A DNA stretch of 63,572 bases, the filler included, from Reclinomonas americana ATCC 50394 (Eukaryota), in NCBI GenBank assembly GCA_048213135.1. It is 55 parts of 55 records of this genome, joined end to end, with 100 filler letters (N's around TTAATTAATTAA, not from the genome) between each part and the next. Parts side by side here need not be neighbours in the genome. Positions count along the whole stretch, not along the records: positions 25,549 to 26,608 come from AFZH01026655.1; positions 26,709 to 27,768 come from AFZH01026656.1; positions 27,869 to 28,928 come from AFZH01026657.1; positions 29,029 to 30,087 come from AFZH01026658.1; positions 30,188 to 31,247 come from AFZH01026659.1; positions 31,348 to 32,402 come from AFZH01026660.1; positions 32,503 to 33,560 come from AFZH01026661.1; positions 33,661 to 34,717 come from AFZH01026662.1; 47 more parts are not named here. One strand, given 5' to 3'. A model generated the notes under the pieces. It saw only the letters and a program-made list of their open reading frames with translations. It was not told the origin of the DNA and searched no databases. Of the stretch, positions 25,865 to 39,343 are shown one piece after another. How positions within the stretch are numbered: the stretch's first letter is position 1; each line of letters starts with the position of its first letter. A program made the position numbers and the translations under genes.

Positions 25865-26608
25865 TTAGAAGCCACCGTGGTCCACCGGCTGCGTGACAAT
25901 CTTGCCATTGACGATCTTGGTGGAGAACTGGTAGGGCACGGGGAGTTCCACGGGATCCGAGTCGGCAGTGGGGCCGGCGACCACCACATTCATGTCGGAC
26001 GACTTGGAGGTGACGATCTCCGCGGCCTTGCTCTGCTCGCTCAGGTACAGCTGGAGACCGCTCGTGGTGTCGACGGTGATGGACGGCACTGTGCCAGTGA
26101 CTTGCACCTCCACCGACTGCACGAAAGTGTTAGAGGAGTGCGGGCGTGTGTTGGAGGAGCATGCCACCCCACCTTGGAGTTCACAATCTCGCACGTGGCC
26201 ACGGCGTTCTCAAAGATGACACCCGACTTGACGCAGTTGTCTGTGCACAATGGATAAGAGGGTGACGAAAGACGAGCATCTGCCCAGCACGTGACTCACC
26301 AATCGTGACTGAGTTGATCTTGCCCCTGATGGTGATGAGCGAGTCACGCACATTGTAAATGTAGACGGCGTGGCGCATCTCGCCCTGAATCACAACGTCG
26401 CGCTCGCCAGTAATGTGTTGCTGATGTGTGTGGTGTGAGCGGTAGAAGTGAAATCAAGAGAAACTAGTGCGACGCACAATCTTCCACTTGTTCTGCTCCA
26501 GTGCCACAGTGCGTGGGCCAGTAATCACCGCTGCGCTCTTGGACTTGCTCGATGACGACGAGCTCGACGACGAGGAGGAGCCCGAGGAGGCCGGCACTGG
26601 GGCCGACT
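25865..26608 (-). CDS. CAP1: Adenylyl cyclase-associated protein (CAP/Srv2) C-terminal exons
   Basis: NKWKI, IRGKINSVTI|DNC, VQVTGTVPSITVD, EIVTSKSSDMNV, ELPVPYQF. Confidence 0.95.
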
Positions 26609-26708
26609 NNNNNNNNNNNNNNNNNNNNNNNNNNNNNNNNNNNNNNNNNNNNTTAATTAATTAANNNNNNNNNNNNNNNNNNNNNNNNNNNNNNNNNNNN
26701 NNNNNNNN

Positions 26709-27768
26709 AGATATATAGAGAAAGAATGAGACAGCAAGAAAGGTAGGGAGTGGAGAGAGGAAGGGAGAGGAAGGGAGGAAGGGAGAGGAAGGGAGAGGAA
26801 GAGAATGGAAGGGAGGAAGAAGTGTGCAATCACGCGGAGCACTGACGAGTTGATGCACGTAGATACACACAGTCATTCTCTCAGCAAAAGAGGAAGCGGA
26901 GAGGAAGAGAGTGAGAGAGGAAGGAAGGAAGGGAGAGGAAAGGTGGAAGGGAGAGAAAGAAAGACGATGGGAGGTGAAGAGAGAGAAAGTGCAATCACGC
27001 GGAGCAATGGCGAGTTGACGCACGTAGATACACACAGCTGTGCTCTCAGCAAGAGAGGAGGACGAGGAGAGGAAGGGAGGCGAAGATGCGATGCGTGTGG
27101 GCGGAAGAATTGCTCAATCACGCGGAGCAGTGGCGAGTCAATGCACGAAGACACGCAACACGCACGGCGAGAGAGGAGGAGGAGAGGAAGGTACGGGAAA
27201 GGGAGAGAGCGTGATTCGTGTCGGAAGAATTGTGCAATCAAGCGGAGCAGTGGCGAGTTGATGCACGGAGATACACACAGCCGTGATCTCAACAAGAGAG
27301 GAAGAAGAGAGAGAGAGTATGTGAGAGAGTTGGGAGAGAAGAATGGAGGAAGGGAAAGGAAGAGAGAGAGAGAGAGAGTGCAATCAAGCGGAGCAATGGC
27401 GAGTTGATGCACGGAGATACACACAGCCGTGCTCTCAACAAGAGAGGAGGAGGAGAGGAAGGGAGAGGAAAGGAGGAAGGGAGAGGAAGTGGGAGTGCAA
27501 TCAAGCGGAGCAATGGCGAGTTGATGCACGGAAATACACACAGCTGCTCTCAACAAGAGGAGGAGGAGGAGAGGAAGAGAAAGAATTGAGAGAGAGGAAG
27601 AGAGTGAGAGAGAATTGAGGAAGGGAGAAGAAGGGAGACGAAGATGCAATGCGTGTGGGAGGAAGAATTGTGTTCAAGCGGAGCAATGGCGAGTCAATGC
27701 ACGTAGACACACACAGCCGTGCTCTCAGCAAGAGAGGAGGAGAGAGAGTGTGTGTGAGAGAGAGAGTT
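26709..27768. repeat. Complex higher-order repeat family, copy 2
   Basis: Same cores; colinear with 14497 onward and 50365 onward. Confidence 0.9.
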
Positions 27769-27868
27769 NNNNNNNNNNNNNNNNNNNNNNNNNNNNNNNN
27801 NNNNNNNNNNNNTTAATTAATTAANNNNNNNNNNNNNNNNNNNNNNNNNNNNNNNNNNNNNNNNNNNN

Positions 27869-28928
27869 TGTTGACAACTTATTCTGAGCTCACCAAGCGC
27901 TCTCGTGGCACAGACAATTGACTCCAGAGAAGCCAGCCTGGCAGAGACAGGCTCCAGTCGACGATGTTGGGTCACAAACGCCATGACCGCTGGTACGGCG
28001 AACACACACGCTCGGTCGGGAGCCCGCTCATGGAGACGAACGGCAAAAAAAAAAGCACACACTTACCAGTACGACTCAATGCATTGGCAATTCGAACCGC
28101 CGTACCCTTCACGGCAGCGGCAGGATCCGTCACGAGCCGTTGGCTCACACGTTGAGTTCGAACCGCTACAATTACAAGAATTTTGTTGAGTGTCGCTCGC
28201 AACAAAGTTCACACCAAAAATGTTGCAAACCAGTCGCGCTCCCGGCAGCCGCAGTTGGCACCACCAAAACCAGGTGGACAAATGCAGGAACCATCACTTG
28301 CACTTGGATTGCAGAAGCCGCCGTTTTGGCTGCGTGTGGAATACAGAGCTATTAAGAATCATTATCTCGCATTTCAAGGCTTGGTACATACCACTCGCTC
28401 TGTCGGCACGCGCAATTGGCGCCTCCGAAACCCGCTGCGCACTGGCACGATCCGTCAACCGCAGTTGGATTACAGAAACCACGAGTACCGCTGCGCATGA
28501 CTACTTGTGAGTGACTGATGTTGATTTGGACTGTGAACGAGTTTGCACAAACCAGCTGGCTTCGACGCAGGCGCTGTCAGAAAGAGATTAGCACTAATAA
28601 CGAAAGGTGACACAAGAGCATTGTCTTCGACGCTGACTTACCAGTTTGCACCACCACGGCCAGGCAAGCACGTGGTTCCGCACGATCCGTCAGACGCGGC
28701 TGCAGCACACGTTGTTCCGAGAGCAGCACTGACAGAGGAACCAATATGAAGTCGGTGATCGAGGATGCACTCATGATCGAATAGTGGATCGAGACTCACC
28801 ATGTCGACACGCTGCACGCACAGTTCGCACCAGCGAATCCCGCTGGGCAAGAGCACTGGCGGGACACCGGATCGCACACACCTCCGTTGAGGCTGACAGA
28901 GGAAGGTGTAAGAGAATAACAGCGTGTG
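27869..28928 (-). CDS. EGF/laminin-type Cys-rich repeat protein, copy B (near-identical to 19754-20813)
   Basis: Colinear over the whole contig, with scattered SNPs and small indels. Confidence 0.75.
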
Positions 28929-29570
28929 NNNNNNNNNNNNNNNNNNNNNNNNNNNNNNNNNNNNNNNNNNNNTTAATTAATTAANNNNNNNNNNNNNNNN
29001 NNNNNNNNNNNNNNNNNNNNNNNNNNNNAGACAGGGAGACTCTCTTTCTCGCCGATAATAAAAAGTAACCGATGCGAGCATGACTGTCCGTTACGTTCTG
29101 TCCGCTGTCCAATATCGTGCTGGGCGTGTGAGAGCGAAGGGAGTGAGTGACTGAGTGAGTGAGTGGGCGTGTGAGAGAGTATTACTTGTGCTCGTTGTCG
29201 CTTCGTGCGCTCATACTTTTGGAGTCGTGATGGCAAAATCATTGTTCAAACAGCTCCCCATTTTCGAATTCTTTGAGGACCAGTGCAATGGTGTGCAGAA
29301 GAACCAGCCGCTGTTGTGAGGACTACCTTGGCGTTTGCGTCTGGCGCAAGCTGTGTTGCAATTAGAAACAATCGTGTGGAAATTTCGATTCTCTCTGTTC
29401 CAACGTGTCTTAGTTTCTGCACTTCACTCAAGGCAGCGATCATGATGCAAGTACGTTGCTTTATAAATTAGAAAAGCTGCTGCTGCTGTTGTCGTGGTTC
29501 TTTACATAGCGCCACTGTAGACCCCCGCGAGCACCACTGTCCCTCCATCACGCACTCTTTCTTACCTCAC

Positions 29571-29780
29571 ATGAGCGGCGAGGTTCCTCAAGGCGGCCGC
29601 GTTGGCGGCAATCGCGTGCTTGAGCCGCGCACAGGCGGGCGTCTGGGCGACCGCGGGACAGGACCGCGCGGGCCGGGACACCGCGTCAAGAAGAAGAAGC
29701 AGACGGGGTCGGGGTTTGCGCGCGCCATTGCCAACGCGCAGAACAAGAATCGCAGGAAGGGCCGAGATAAGAATGCTGAT
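29571..29780 (+). CDS. First exon of a basic protein, possibly LSG1-like ribosome-biogenesis GTPase N-terminus
   Basis: KKKKQTGSGFARAIANAQNKNRRK resembles the LSG1 'GLGRAL' N-terminus; donor GTTGAGT at 29781. Confidence 0.4.
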
Positions 29781-30025
29781 GTTGAGTCTGTCGGTTGGAG
29801 AGACAGATGGGAAAGAGAGAGAAGGGGGAAAAGGGGTGGTCGATTTTTAGGCGATGTGCACATTCACATCAACAGCGGAGGAGAGAGGGAGGGAGGGAAA
29901 GAGAGCGCCACTTGTGTGAGAGTGAGTGAGTGTGAGAGAGGGCTTCCTTACACTCTCTTGCTTCCGTTGAACTCCGCGTGTCTTCTTATGTGTGTGTGAA
30001 AGAGTGTGCATGAGTGTGTGGGTGA

Positions 30026-30087
<62 letters not shown>

Positions 30088-30750
30088 NNNNNNNNNNNNN
30101 NNNNNNNNNNNNNNNNNNNNNNNNNNNNNNNTTAATTAATTAANNNNNNNNNNNNNNNNNNNNNNNNNNNNNNNNNNNNNNNNNNNNGGCAAGGAGGGGG
30201 AAGGAGGGAAGATGGAGAAGGAGGGGGAAGGAGGGGAAGGATGGGAGGGGGAGGGGGAGGGGTAGGGGGAGGGGGAAGAGTGAACGGGCGAGTGAGAGGT
30301 AGGGGGAGACATGTGGCGAGAGACGAGGAGGTAAGAGGAGCTAGAAGGGCAAGTGGAAATGACAGGGAAGAAGGAAAGGGGGAGGGGAGGAAGAGGGAGA
30401 TGGAAACATGAGAAGCGGGAGCAAGGGGAGAGTAAAAGAAAGGCGTGAGAAACGCGGAGAGAGTAACGCGGCGACAGAGGCCGAGGAAAGTCAGAGTGTG
30501 GGAGCAAGTGGAAAACAAAGGGGGTAAGGGAGAGGGAATAGGAGAGGGAGAGAGGACAAGGAGAGAAAAGTGGGCAGGAGCCGGAGAGAATACAAGAGAG
30601 AATCGTAATGAGAGGTGAAGGAGACTGAGAAGAGTGAAGAGAGGAGAGAAAGAGAAGAAAACGGCTGCGAGAGAGAGAAGATCACGAGAGTACGTTGCAC
30701 GACGAAGACAGCAGAAAGTAAGATCGAAATGAATGAATGGATGATGGTTA

Positions 30751-31247
<497 letters not shown>

Positions 31248-31347
31248 NNNNNNNNNNNNNNNNNNNNNNNNNNNNNNNNNNNNNNNNNNNNTTAATTAAT
31301 TAANNNNNNNNNNNNNNNNNNNNNNNNNNNNNNNNNNNNNNNNNNNN

Positions 31348-32402
31348 GCGACAGCGCCGAGCGTGCCGCCCCTGGCCTGGCGGACCGAGTGGATCGCATC
31401 GGCGATGCCGCCTCCGGTGAAATAATAGGTCAGCGGCTCGGGCCGCCCCGATACGAGCGTGCCGTCGTCCTGACGCAGGCGCTGCGCGCCGTGGACCGTG
31501 CTGCCGTGGCTGAGGATGCGGAAGCGGCCGTCCGGCGTCTCGCTGATGCGATGCACGCCGAAGAACGAACGGACCATGTCAGTGCGGGAGGCTTCGTGGC
31601 TGACGAGCGCGCCGGCCCCGACGATGGCGAGACCGGCCAGGACGGCGCCTTGCAGACGCGAGGGCCGGAGCGAGGTGAAGCTCGGCCGGCAGAGCATGCC
31701 CGCCACGATCAGAATCGGATATTCGGCCACCGAGTTGAACAGCAACGGCGCCAGCAGGGCGGCGAATACCCCGCCCAGCACGCCGCCGAGCGACATCCAG
31801 AGGTAGAAGCCGGTCAACGCGGCCGCGGACGGCCGCAGCCGTGCGAGTTCGCCATGCGCGACCATCGCGGTGACGAACAGGATAGCGAGGTGAAGAACGA
31901 GCTCTCCGCCCCACCCCAGAGGCGGGTTGAACACCATCACGACCATGTAGCCGAGGATGAGCAGCAGCTGCGTGTTCAGCATCCAGCCATGGCGCAAGAC
32001 CGGCCTGCGCTGGAAGACGATGACGAAGGTCAAGAGGAAGAGCGCCAGCGGGGCGACCCAGAGCAGCGGCCCCGATGCAACGTCGGTCGAGATATGGGCG
32101 GTCACCGCGACCAGCAAGCCGGATGGCACGAAGGCCAGGACGAGCCAATGCAGCTTGCGGCTGGCCGGGATCGGTTCCGCAACGAGCGGCATCGTGTCGA
32201 GCCTGCCCGCCGGGCGTCCCACGCACAATCCGGCGCAGGCCGTGATGCCGGCGAGCAGCAGGCCGAAGCCCCACGCCCAGGCCGAAGCCTGCGTGGCCAG
32301 CCGCAAGGTCGGCTCGACCACGAACGGATAGGCGAGCAAGGCGAGGAAGCTGCCGATATTGGAGGCGGCATAGAGGAAATACGGGTCGCGGGCAGTGGGG
32401 CA
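31348..32402 (-). CDS. Bacterial fused membrane/spermidine-synthase-like protein (partial)
   Basis: DPYFLYAASNIGS, LAFVPSGLL, HGELARLRP, LTGFYLWMSLGG, HGSTVHGAQ, EPLTYY. Confidence 0.9.
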
Positions 32403-32735
32403 NNNNNNNNNNNNNNNNNNNNNNNNNNNNNNNNNNNNNNNNNNNNTTAATTAATTAANNNNNNNNNNNNNNNNNNNNNNNNNNNNNNNNNNNNNNNNNN
32501 NNTCTCTCTCTCTCTCTCTCTCTTCTTCTTCTTCTTCTCCTCCTCCTCCTCCTCCTCCTCCTCCTCCTCCTCCTCCCCCTCATCCTTCTTCTTTCTGCTT
32601 CTCCTTTCTCTTCTTCTTTAGGCTTCTCCTTCTCCTCCTCCTCCTCCTGTCTCCCTGTTCCTCCCTCCCTCCTCCTTCTCCTCCTCCTCGTTCCCCCTGT
32701 GCCCTTTCCTCATCTCCTTCTCCCTTTTCTCGCAG

Positions 32736-33518
32736 AACACCAACTACTACTTCGCGGTGCACTACGACAAGCTGGAGGAAGCTCTCGATCGCTTCTCCGA
32801 GTTCTTCAAGTCACCGCTCTTCGACGCCAGCTGTGTCGATCGCGAGCTCAATGCCGTGCACAATGGCAAGTCCGACTGCCCTCCTTCTCCACCTCTTCTT
32901 TGTCTCACCAAGAGACTGACATTGCCGGACAGAGAACGCCAACAACCTGCAGCAGGACCACTGGCGCAGCTTCCAGTTGCTCAAGTCGTCGTCCAACCCG
33001 GCGCACCCATTCTCCAAGTTTGGCACGGGCAATCTCGCGTCGCTCCGCGACGGACCCGCCGCCGCCGGCATCAACATTCACGCCGAGGTGATGGCCTTTC
33101 ACCAGAAGCACTACTCGGCCAACATTATGAAGTTGGCCATTCTCGGACGCAGTTGCGTGCTTGCGCCAGCCGGCGGAGTGGAAGTGTGACTGACTGAATC
33201 ACCTGCGTCACAGACTCGCTTGACGAGCTCGAGGCCTTGGCGCGCGCCAAGTTCAGCGACGTGGAGAACAAGGGCGTGGAGCTGCCGGACTGGCAGGCCA
33301 AGCCGTTTGAGGACGAGCACTTGATGGTGCGTGTGCATGTGTGAAGGTATAATCACAGTTGTGGCTCACTCTGCCCTTCCCATCACCAACAGCGCTACTT
33401 CCATGTGGTGCCGGTGCGCGATGTGCACGATGTGACGCTCTTCTTCCCCACCATGTCGACGGAGCCGCTGTACGAGTACAAGCCCGAGAACTACTTGTCG
33501 CACCTGATCGGCCACGAG
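32736..33518 (+). CDS. IDE: Insulin-degrading enzyme/insulysin (M16A peptidase), four exons
   Basis: [52 protein letters not shown]. Confidence 0.95.
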
Positions 33519-33660
33519 GTAGCTGTTTTCTGATTCTGGGACTCCTCCTCTTAGGATTGANNNNNNNNNNNNNNNNNNNNNNNNNNNNNNNNNNNNNNNN
33601 NNNNTTAATTAATTAANNNNNNNNNNNNNNNNNNNNNNNNNNNNNNNNNNNNNNNNNNNN

Positions 33661-34453
33661 ATCGCATGGCGGCAGCAAGCTGGCAGATCTCCGCTGGTCG
33701 CGACACCAGTGATGCGCAGAAACAGCGTCTCGGCATCCCTCCAAATCGAAAGTTTGTAGACCTGGTGAGTCTTGTTAACAATAGACTGCCACTACTCGAC
33801 ATGGAGAACAATGGAGATACATCACATTCACGAACCTTGTCATTGGTCACATGCGAGACATCAGCATCATGGTCAACGCGCATGTCCGACGCACACACGC
33901 GGAGAGCATCCATGCATGCGCGACTCGGGTTGAGAGGAAAGATATGACAGGCGTCAATCTCCTTCCAGAAGCCCCTTGGTTCAACGCTGCTGCTGCCAGC
34001 CGCAGCGCTTGTTGCCTTGAGCTCGCGAGAAAACTGGGCCAAGCGATACATGCCACCTCGAATGCAGCTCAACGCGCACACTTTGTGCCGCGAAGTCTGC
34101 ACGCACACAATACAATAAGCAGCTCTCCATCGAAAAGACGTTGCGATATGTCCGCCGGTCTTACCGTGTTGTCCCCCAATGTCTCGAGACTGCCAGCACT
34201 GGACTGCGATTGCTGTGGCGGCTGCGCAGCATCACGGCGCAGGCCGGCGCCTATATCTAGGACGGCGTCCGTTAGCACCCGGAACATCTGTTGCTGATCC
34301 TGTCCCTGTCGCTCCAGTCGCAGCATGAGCTCCTGGAGCATCTGTCGCTGCTCCTGCTGTTCGCGCAGCAGAGCAGCCAACAACGGGTCTGTGGAGCTCT
34401 GTACAGGCATCCTGCACGCACACACGATACACAGTACTGGTTAGCATCGGCAA
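33661..34453 (-). CDS. Putative HNH_2-type endonuclease with a Q-rich coiled-coil N-terminus
   Basis: CALS...EIDACHIFPL resembles the C-x-x-T/S..A-H-I-x-P motif; downstream exon structure uncertain. Confidence 0.45.
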
Positions 34454-34859
34454 CTCAATGAGTTGGTCGCTTCGACGAAGGATCGCGGTGTAAAGATGAA
34501 CACACGATCACACAGGCACACACACACACACACACACACACCGTGTGCCGCGTTGGTGTGTACTATCAATTTCATTCCCTCTCTCTCTCTCTTGTGCGGA
34601 AAAAACAACGTGTGAATGCGTGCATGCGTGAAGAGAGAGATATCATGCAACATGCTGGCAAAGAATATGCCAAATTTGGAAATATAGGCACTTCGATCAG
34701 ACCATGGGAAACCCCCCNNNNNNNNNNNNNNNNNNNNNNNNNNNNNNNNNNNNNNNNNNNNTTAATTAATTAANNNNNNNNNNNNNNNNNNNNNNNNNNN
34801 NNNNNNNNNNNNNNNNNCTCCTCGTCCTCTTTTGTCTTGACCTCACCCTCTCCTCTGTG

Positions 34860-34899
<40 letters not shown>

Positions 34900-35046
34900 G
34901 TTATCTCTTCTTCTTTTCACTTCGTCCTCCTCATGTCACCTTTCCACCCCTTCTTCGCCATCTTTTCTCCGTTCCCTTCACTCTTCCATCTCTCTTCTCC
35001 TCTTCTTCTCACCCTCTCTCTTTCCCTCTTCTCACCCTCTCTCAGG

Positions 35047-35791
35047 CCTTCCGGCTCACCGTGCAACCGGTGCTTCGTCGCGCCTACATGCCGGAGCGAT
35101 TCATGAGCTCCTCGCGATCGGCGTCGCCGTTGCCGCCGGATGGCAGCTCGTCGACGCTGCCGGCGAGTCAGAGCATGGACAGTGTGTCGACGGCGTCGAT
35201 GCCGTCGTGCGTGTCGGAGAGTGCGGGGAGGAATATGGATGAGAAGATGCCGGAGTGTTGGGCGCTGCACAAGGCGCTGCAGGATGTGTTTCGCCACAAG
35301 GTCAAGCAGAACAGTTGCGTCTGTGTGACCTCTCCTTCCGGATTGCGGCAGAAACTGAGTGTCGCGATGCACAGCCTCGCTGCTCAAGCTGCTGCAGCCA
35401 CTCACCAAGACGTCGGATGTGTTGAAGAGTGCGCTGGCCAGCCTGGAGAAGAATGCCAAGGACGAGCAGGTTCAGTGGCCACCATGATGTGTGTCCCCGC
35501 AGAGATTGGGCAGCTCATTCATGTATCCACGCAGTTGATTCGAGTGGTGATTGCCGTCGGTCTCAACATGCACCAGCTCGACTCGTACCTCGAGCATCTT
35601 ACAAATCATGGCAACACCAAGACGCTGAGGTTCACGACATATTCCTTGCTGTAATGTGGGGAAGGTTGCTGAAGTTCGATGCACAGCAAATACTATGAGG
35701 ACCACGCATTTATGCGGGATGCCGACTCGGTGCCGGCACTGGTAGAGCTGCTGCACTCGCTTCGCGATGTCCCCTTCCAATTCACTCAAGG
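35047..35791 (+). CDS. RUN-domain protein, multi-exon
   Basis: LHKALQDVFRHK, IAVGLNMHQLDSYLEHL, KYYEDHAFMRD..LVELLHSLRDVPFQF. Confidence 0.85.
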
Positions 35792-36141
35792 GTGAGTGGA
35801 TTCGACTCCCTCTTTGTTCCCAAGTGATGCAGCAACTGACTCTCTCTTTTCTCTCCCCTCTCTCTCTCTCTCNNNNNNNNNNNNNNNNNNNNNNNNNNNN
35901 NNNNNNNNNNNNNNNNTTAATTAATTAANNNNNNNNNNNNNNNNNNNNNNNNNNNNNNNNNNNNNNNNNNNNGGGGAAGGGGAAGGGGGAAGGGGGAAGG
36001 GGAAGGGGGAAGGGGAAGGGGAAGGGGAAGGGGAAGGGAAGGGAGGAGAGAAGAAGGGAGGAGAGGAGAAGAGAGGAGAGGAGAGGAGAAGGGAAGAGAA
36101 GGGAAAGAGAAGAGCCAAATCAGCGCGCGCTAGCCACTCAC

Positions 36142-36349
36142 CAAACAGCTCCGCTCCCATGCGCCAGTCCACATGCAGATCCTTCGTCAGGAAGCTGCCG
36201 ACAATCTGCAGTGGGAGCGTCAGCAGCATTGCGCTGCTTGCTGCAACAAGGATGACATAGACACACACCTGGCGCGCCCTGTTGCTCATAAAGCCCGTCG
36301 TGCGCAGCTCCGTCATGCTGGCGTCGATGAGCGGGTATCCGGTCTCGCC
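36142..36349 (-). CDS. Cryptochrome/photolyase FAD-binding domain, CRY-DASH-like (exons 36349-36269, 36205-36142)
   Basis: [48 protein letters not shown]. Confidence 0.9.
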
Positions 36350-36961
36350 CTGGTGGAGGAGTGTGAGGGCGAAGGAGGAGAGATAGGCAAAGAGGAAGAA
36401 GGAGGAGAGGGAGGAAGAGGGAGAAAGAGGGAGAAAGAGGAAGGAAGAAGAAAGAAAGGCAAACTCTGCAGCGCAGCTGACAAGTGAGAGAGAGAGGCAA
36501 GAAAGAGGGACAGAAGAACGAGCCAAGACAGAGCACGGCGAAAGAAAGTGCAAGGGGCACCGTGTACATGCAACAAAAGAAAGAGGCAGAGGGTGAGGTC
36601 TCCTGCACAAAACTCTGAAGACGGACGGTGCAGGGAACGAGCTTGACAGCCAACGAAAGAAGGAATGGCAGGGGAAGAGAGCGGCAAGACCAGAGAAGGC
36701 AGAGAGGCGTCGTAGACGGAAGAAGAGAAGGCAGAGAAGGTCGAGAGGGCATTGCACTGCACAGAGAAACACGGAGTCGGAGCGCGCAGAGAGGAACGAA
36801 TATGAGAGATTGTCGAGTGGCATGCGCACTGCAGGGCACAGCGAAAGATGGATATGGAGCTTAACAGAAAGAAAAAAAGAAAGAGAGAGAGAGAGAGCGA
36901 GAGGACGAAAGGAAGGGAAGGAAGAAAGAAAAAGTAAGAAGAAAGAAAGAAAGTAAAGTAA

Positions 36962-37029
<68 letters not shown>

Positions 37030-37129
37030 NNNNNNNNNNNNNNNNNNNNNNNNNNNNNNNNNNNNNNNNNNNNTTAATTAATTAANNNNNNNNNNNNNNN
37101 NNNNNNNNNNNNNNNNNNNNNNNNNNNNN

Positions 37130-37313
37130 ACCCGTCAGCAAGCATCGGTGATCGGTGTCGGTGGCGCTCCACACGCATGAGGTGCCAGAGGCACCGGCGG
37201 GGAAGCCGCGGGCGACGGAGACCAGGCCGGAGCCGGTGTCGAACTCGATGCGAGGAGTCGAGCCGTCGGTGCCGGAGTCGTAGACGCGGTCGGTGACGAC
37301 GCGGAACTCGGCG
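37130..37313 (-). CDS. Isolated exon of an unknown protein
   Basis: High-GC3 frame EFRVVTDRVYDSG...RCLLTG after a long polypyrimidine tract and CAG. Confidence 0.45.
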
Positions 37314-38980
37314 CTGCGCGAAGGGGGAAGGAGGTGAGAAGGGGCAAGAAGGGGAAAGGGTGAGAAAGAGTAGGAGGGAGAGGGAGAGAGAAGCACAACA
37401 ACACAGATCGCGCAAAGCAGCAAATCAAAGAGGCAGAGGGAAGGAGAAAGAAGAGAAGGGAAGAAGCACAAGCACACAGACCGCGGAGCTTTGAAGAACG
37501 GCAGAGCAAAGAGACAGCGGAGTGAGCGAAGAGAGAGAGGGCAGCTGAGAGCAGATGCACACAACACAGTTCACGCAGCTTTGAAGAATATACAAGAAGC
37601 GCAGTATAATGGAAGACAAAAGAGACACAGGAAAAGGAGGAGGAAGGAGGGCGAGGGCAGAGGAACAACTCAGCTGCGAGATAGACTTGAGAGCGTGTGC
37701 ATATGGGGGAGAAAGAAGGAGTGAGTCAAAAGAAATATACAAAGAGATATTCAGAAACGAAGAAGACGAGAAGGAATGAAAGCGAGAGCAGGAGATTACA
37801 GATCGCACTGCTATGAAGGAGAGAAGAGCAATGAGGCAACCCATCAGCGGGGAGAGATGAGCGAAAGAGAGACAAGGAGAAAGGAGAGAGAGAGAGAGAA
37901 GACGAAAAGAGTGAGTGAGAGAGAGAGAGGTAAGAGGGAAAGAGAGAGCACGCGTGCACAGGAGAGTAGAACACCTCTGCAGAGCAGCAGAGCAAAAGAG
38001 GCAGCAAAGAGGACACACGAAGAGAGAGACAAGAAGAAATGAGTTGACAATGGCAGCGAGAGCAGAGAGAACAGAAGATCACAGATCGCACTGCTCTGAA
38101 GAACAGCAAAACGCAGACAGAAAGAGAGAGAGAGAGAGAGATGCAAGATCTTCATAAGACTGATTACGCGGGAACTCGAAATGACNNNNNNNNNNNNNNN
38201 NNNNNNNNNNNNNNNNNNNNNNNNNNNNNTTAATTAATTAANNNNNNNNNNNNNNNNNNNNNNNNNNNNNNNNNNNNNNNNNNNNAAACTCCGTGGCCCT
38301 CCGTAGACCGGACCGTAGACTGAAGTGAATTGTCCGTGTGGAAACGCACGCTTGCAAAACTGCACATGCAGGCAATTCGCGATTGCTTGGAATGCACAAT
38401 ATTAATGAGTTCGAGGATAAGCCGAAGCAACAACACATGCAGACAATGCATTCACCAACTGTGGGACACCACCTGCTGCTGTCGCTGCCTTTGAGATAAT
38501 TTCTTTGGTTGATATGATGTGAGAGAAATAAAAAAGAAAATATTTTTTTTTTACAATTCCCTTGTTTCTTTTACCTTCCCTGGCAGCGGCTTTAAATTTT
38601 GCTCCGGAGCGGATCCGCGCGCCGACGCCTTCTTGCCCGTTGCCTCGTGCACAACAGGGACAGAAGACGCAGAGGCGGAAGGAGCAGGAGTAGGCGATGC
38701 ACTGACACTGTACTGTGACGATGAAACACAGCAACGCGTTAAGCATTCTCAACTCTCAGCAAACCCCAAAAGCGCGCGAAAGACAATGCTCGCTCGGGCG
38801 GATCTGTCCTGGCGTTGTTTTGGTGGCGTTGTGAGTTGCGTGTGAAACCAGGGTTGACAACATCGCATTTTGTCACGTCTCTTACAAATTCACGCACGCA
38901 AGACATGGCAACGAAGGTGCGAAGACATCGTCTCTGCTTTGCCACCAGCACGTTTTCTTAACCACAGGATTTGGATTCAA

Positions 38981-39343
38981 GGTATTGCAAGGCCACACAC
39001 ATGTGGTGCAGGCAGTGGCAATGACACCCGACAGCCAGCTCATTCTGAGTGGCAGTGCGGACGAGACTGTACGAGTGTGGTCACTGGCAAGTGGCGAGGA
39101 GGTGCGTCGACTGGAAGGCCACATTGTTACGGTGTTGGCTGTGGCGGTGACACCCGACGGCCAGCAGATTGTGAGTGGCAGTGCGGACGAGACTGTACGA
39201 GTGTGGTCACTGGCCAGTGGCAACGAGGTGCGCCGACTGAAAGGCCACACGAGTGTGGTGTCAGCAGTGGCAGTGACACCCGATGGCCAGCGCATTGTGA
39301 GTGGCAGTCATGACATGACTGTACGGGTGTGGTCACTGGCCAG
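38981..39343 (+). CDS. WD40 repeats with high internal identity (126-bp units), HET-E/NWD-like
   Basis: Three units of L.GH..V.AVA.TPD.Q.I.SGS.D.TVRVWSLAS; probable upstream exon 38588-38830. Confidence 0.92.

Noticed and set aside
27380..27440. Hammerhead ribozyme in the repeat core (minus strand (C/T)TGAGA plus GCACGG/CCGTGC stem)
   Set aside because: The core lacks N7 spacing and the stem is followed by ATCAA instead of GAAA.
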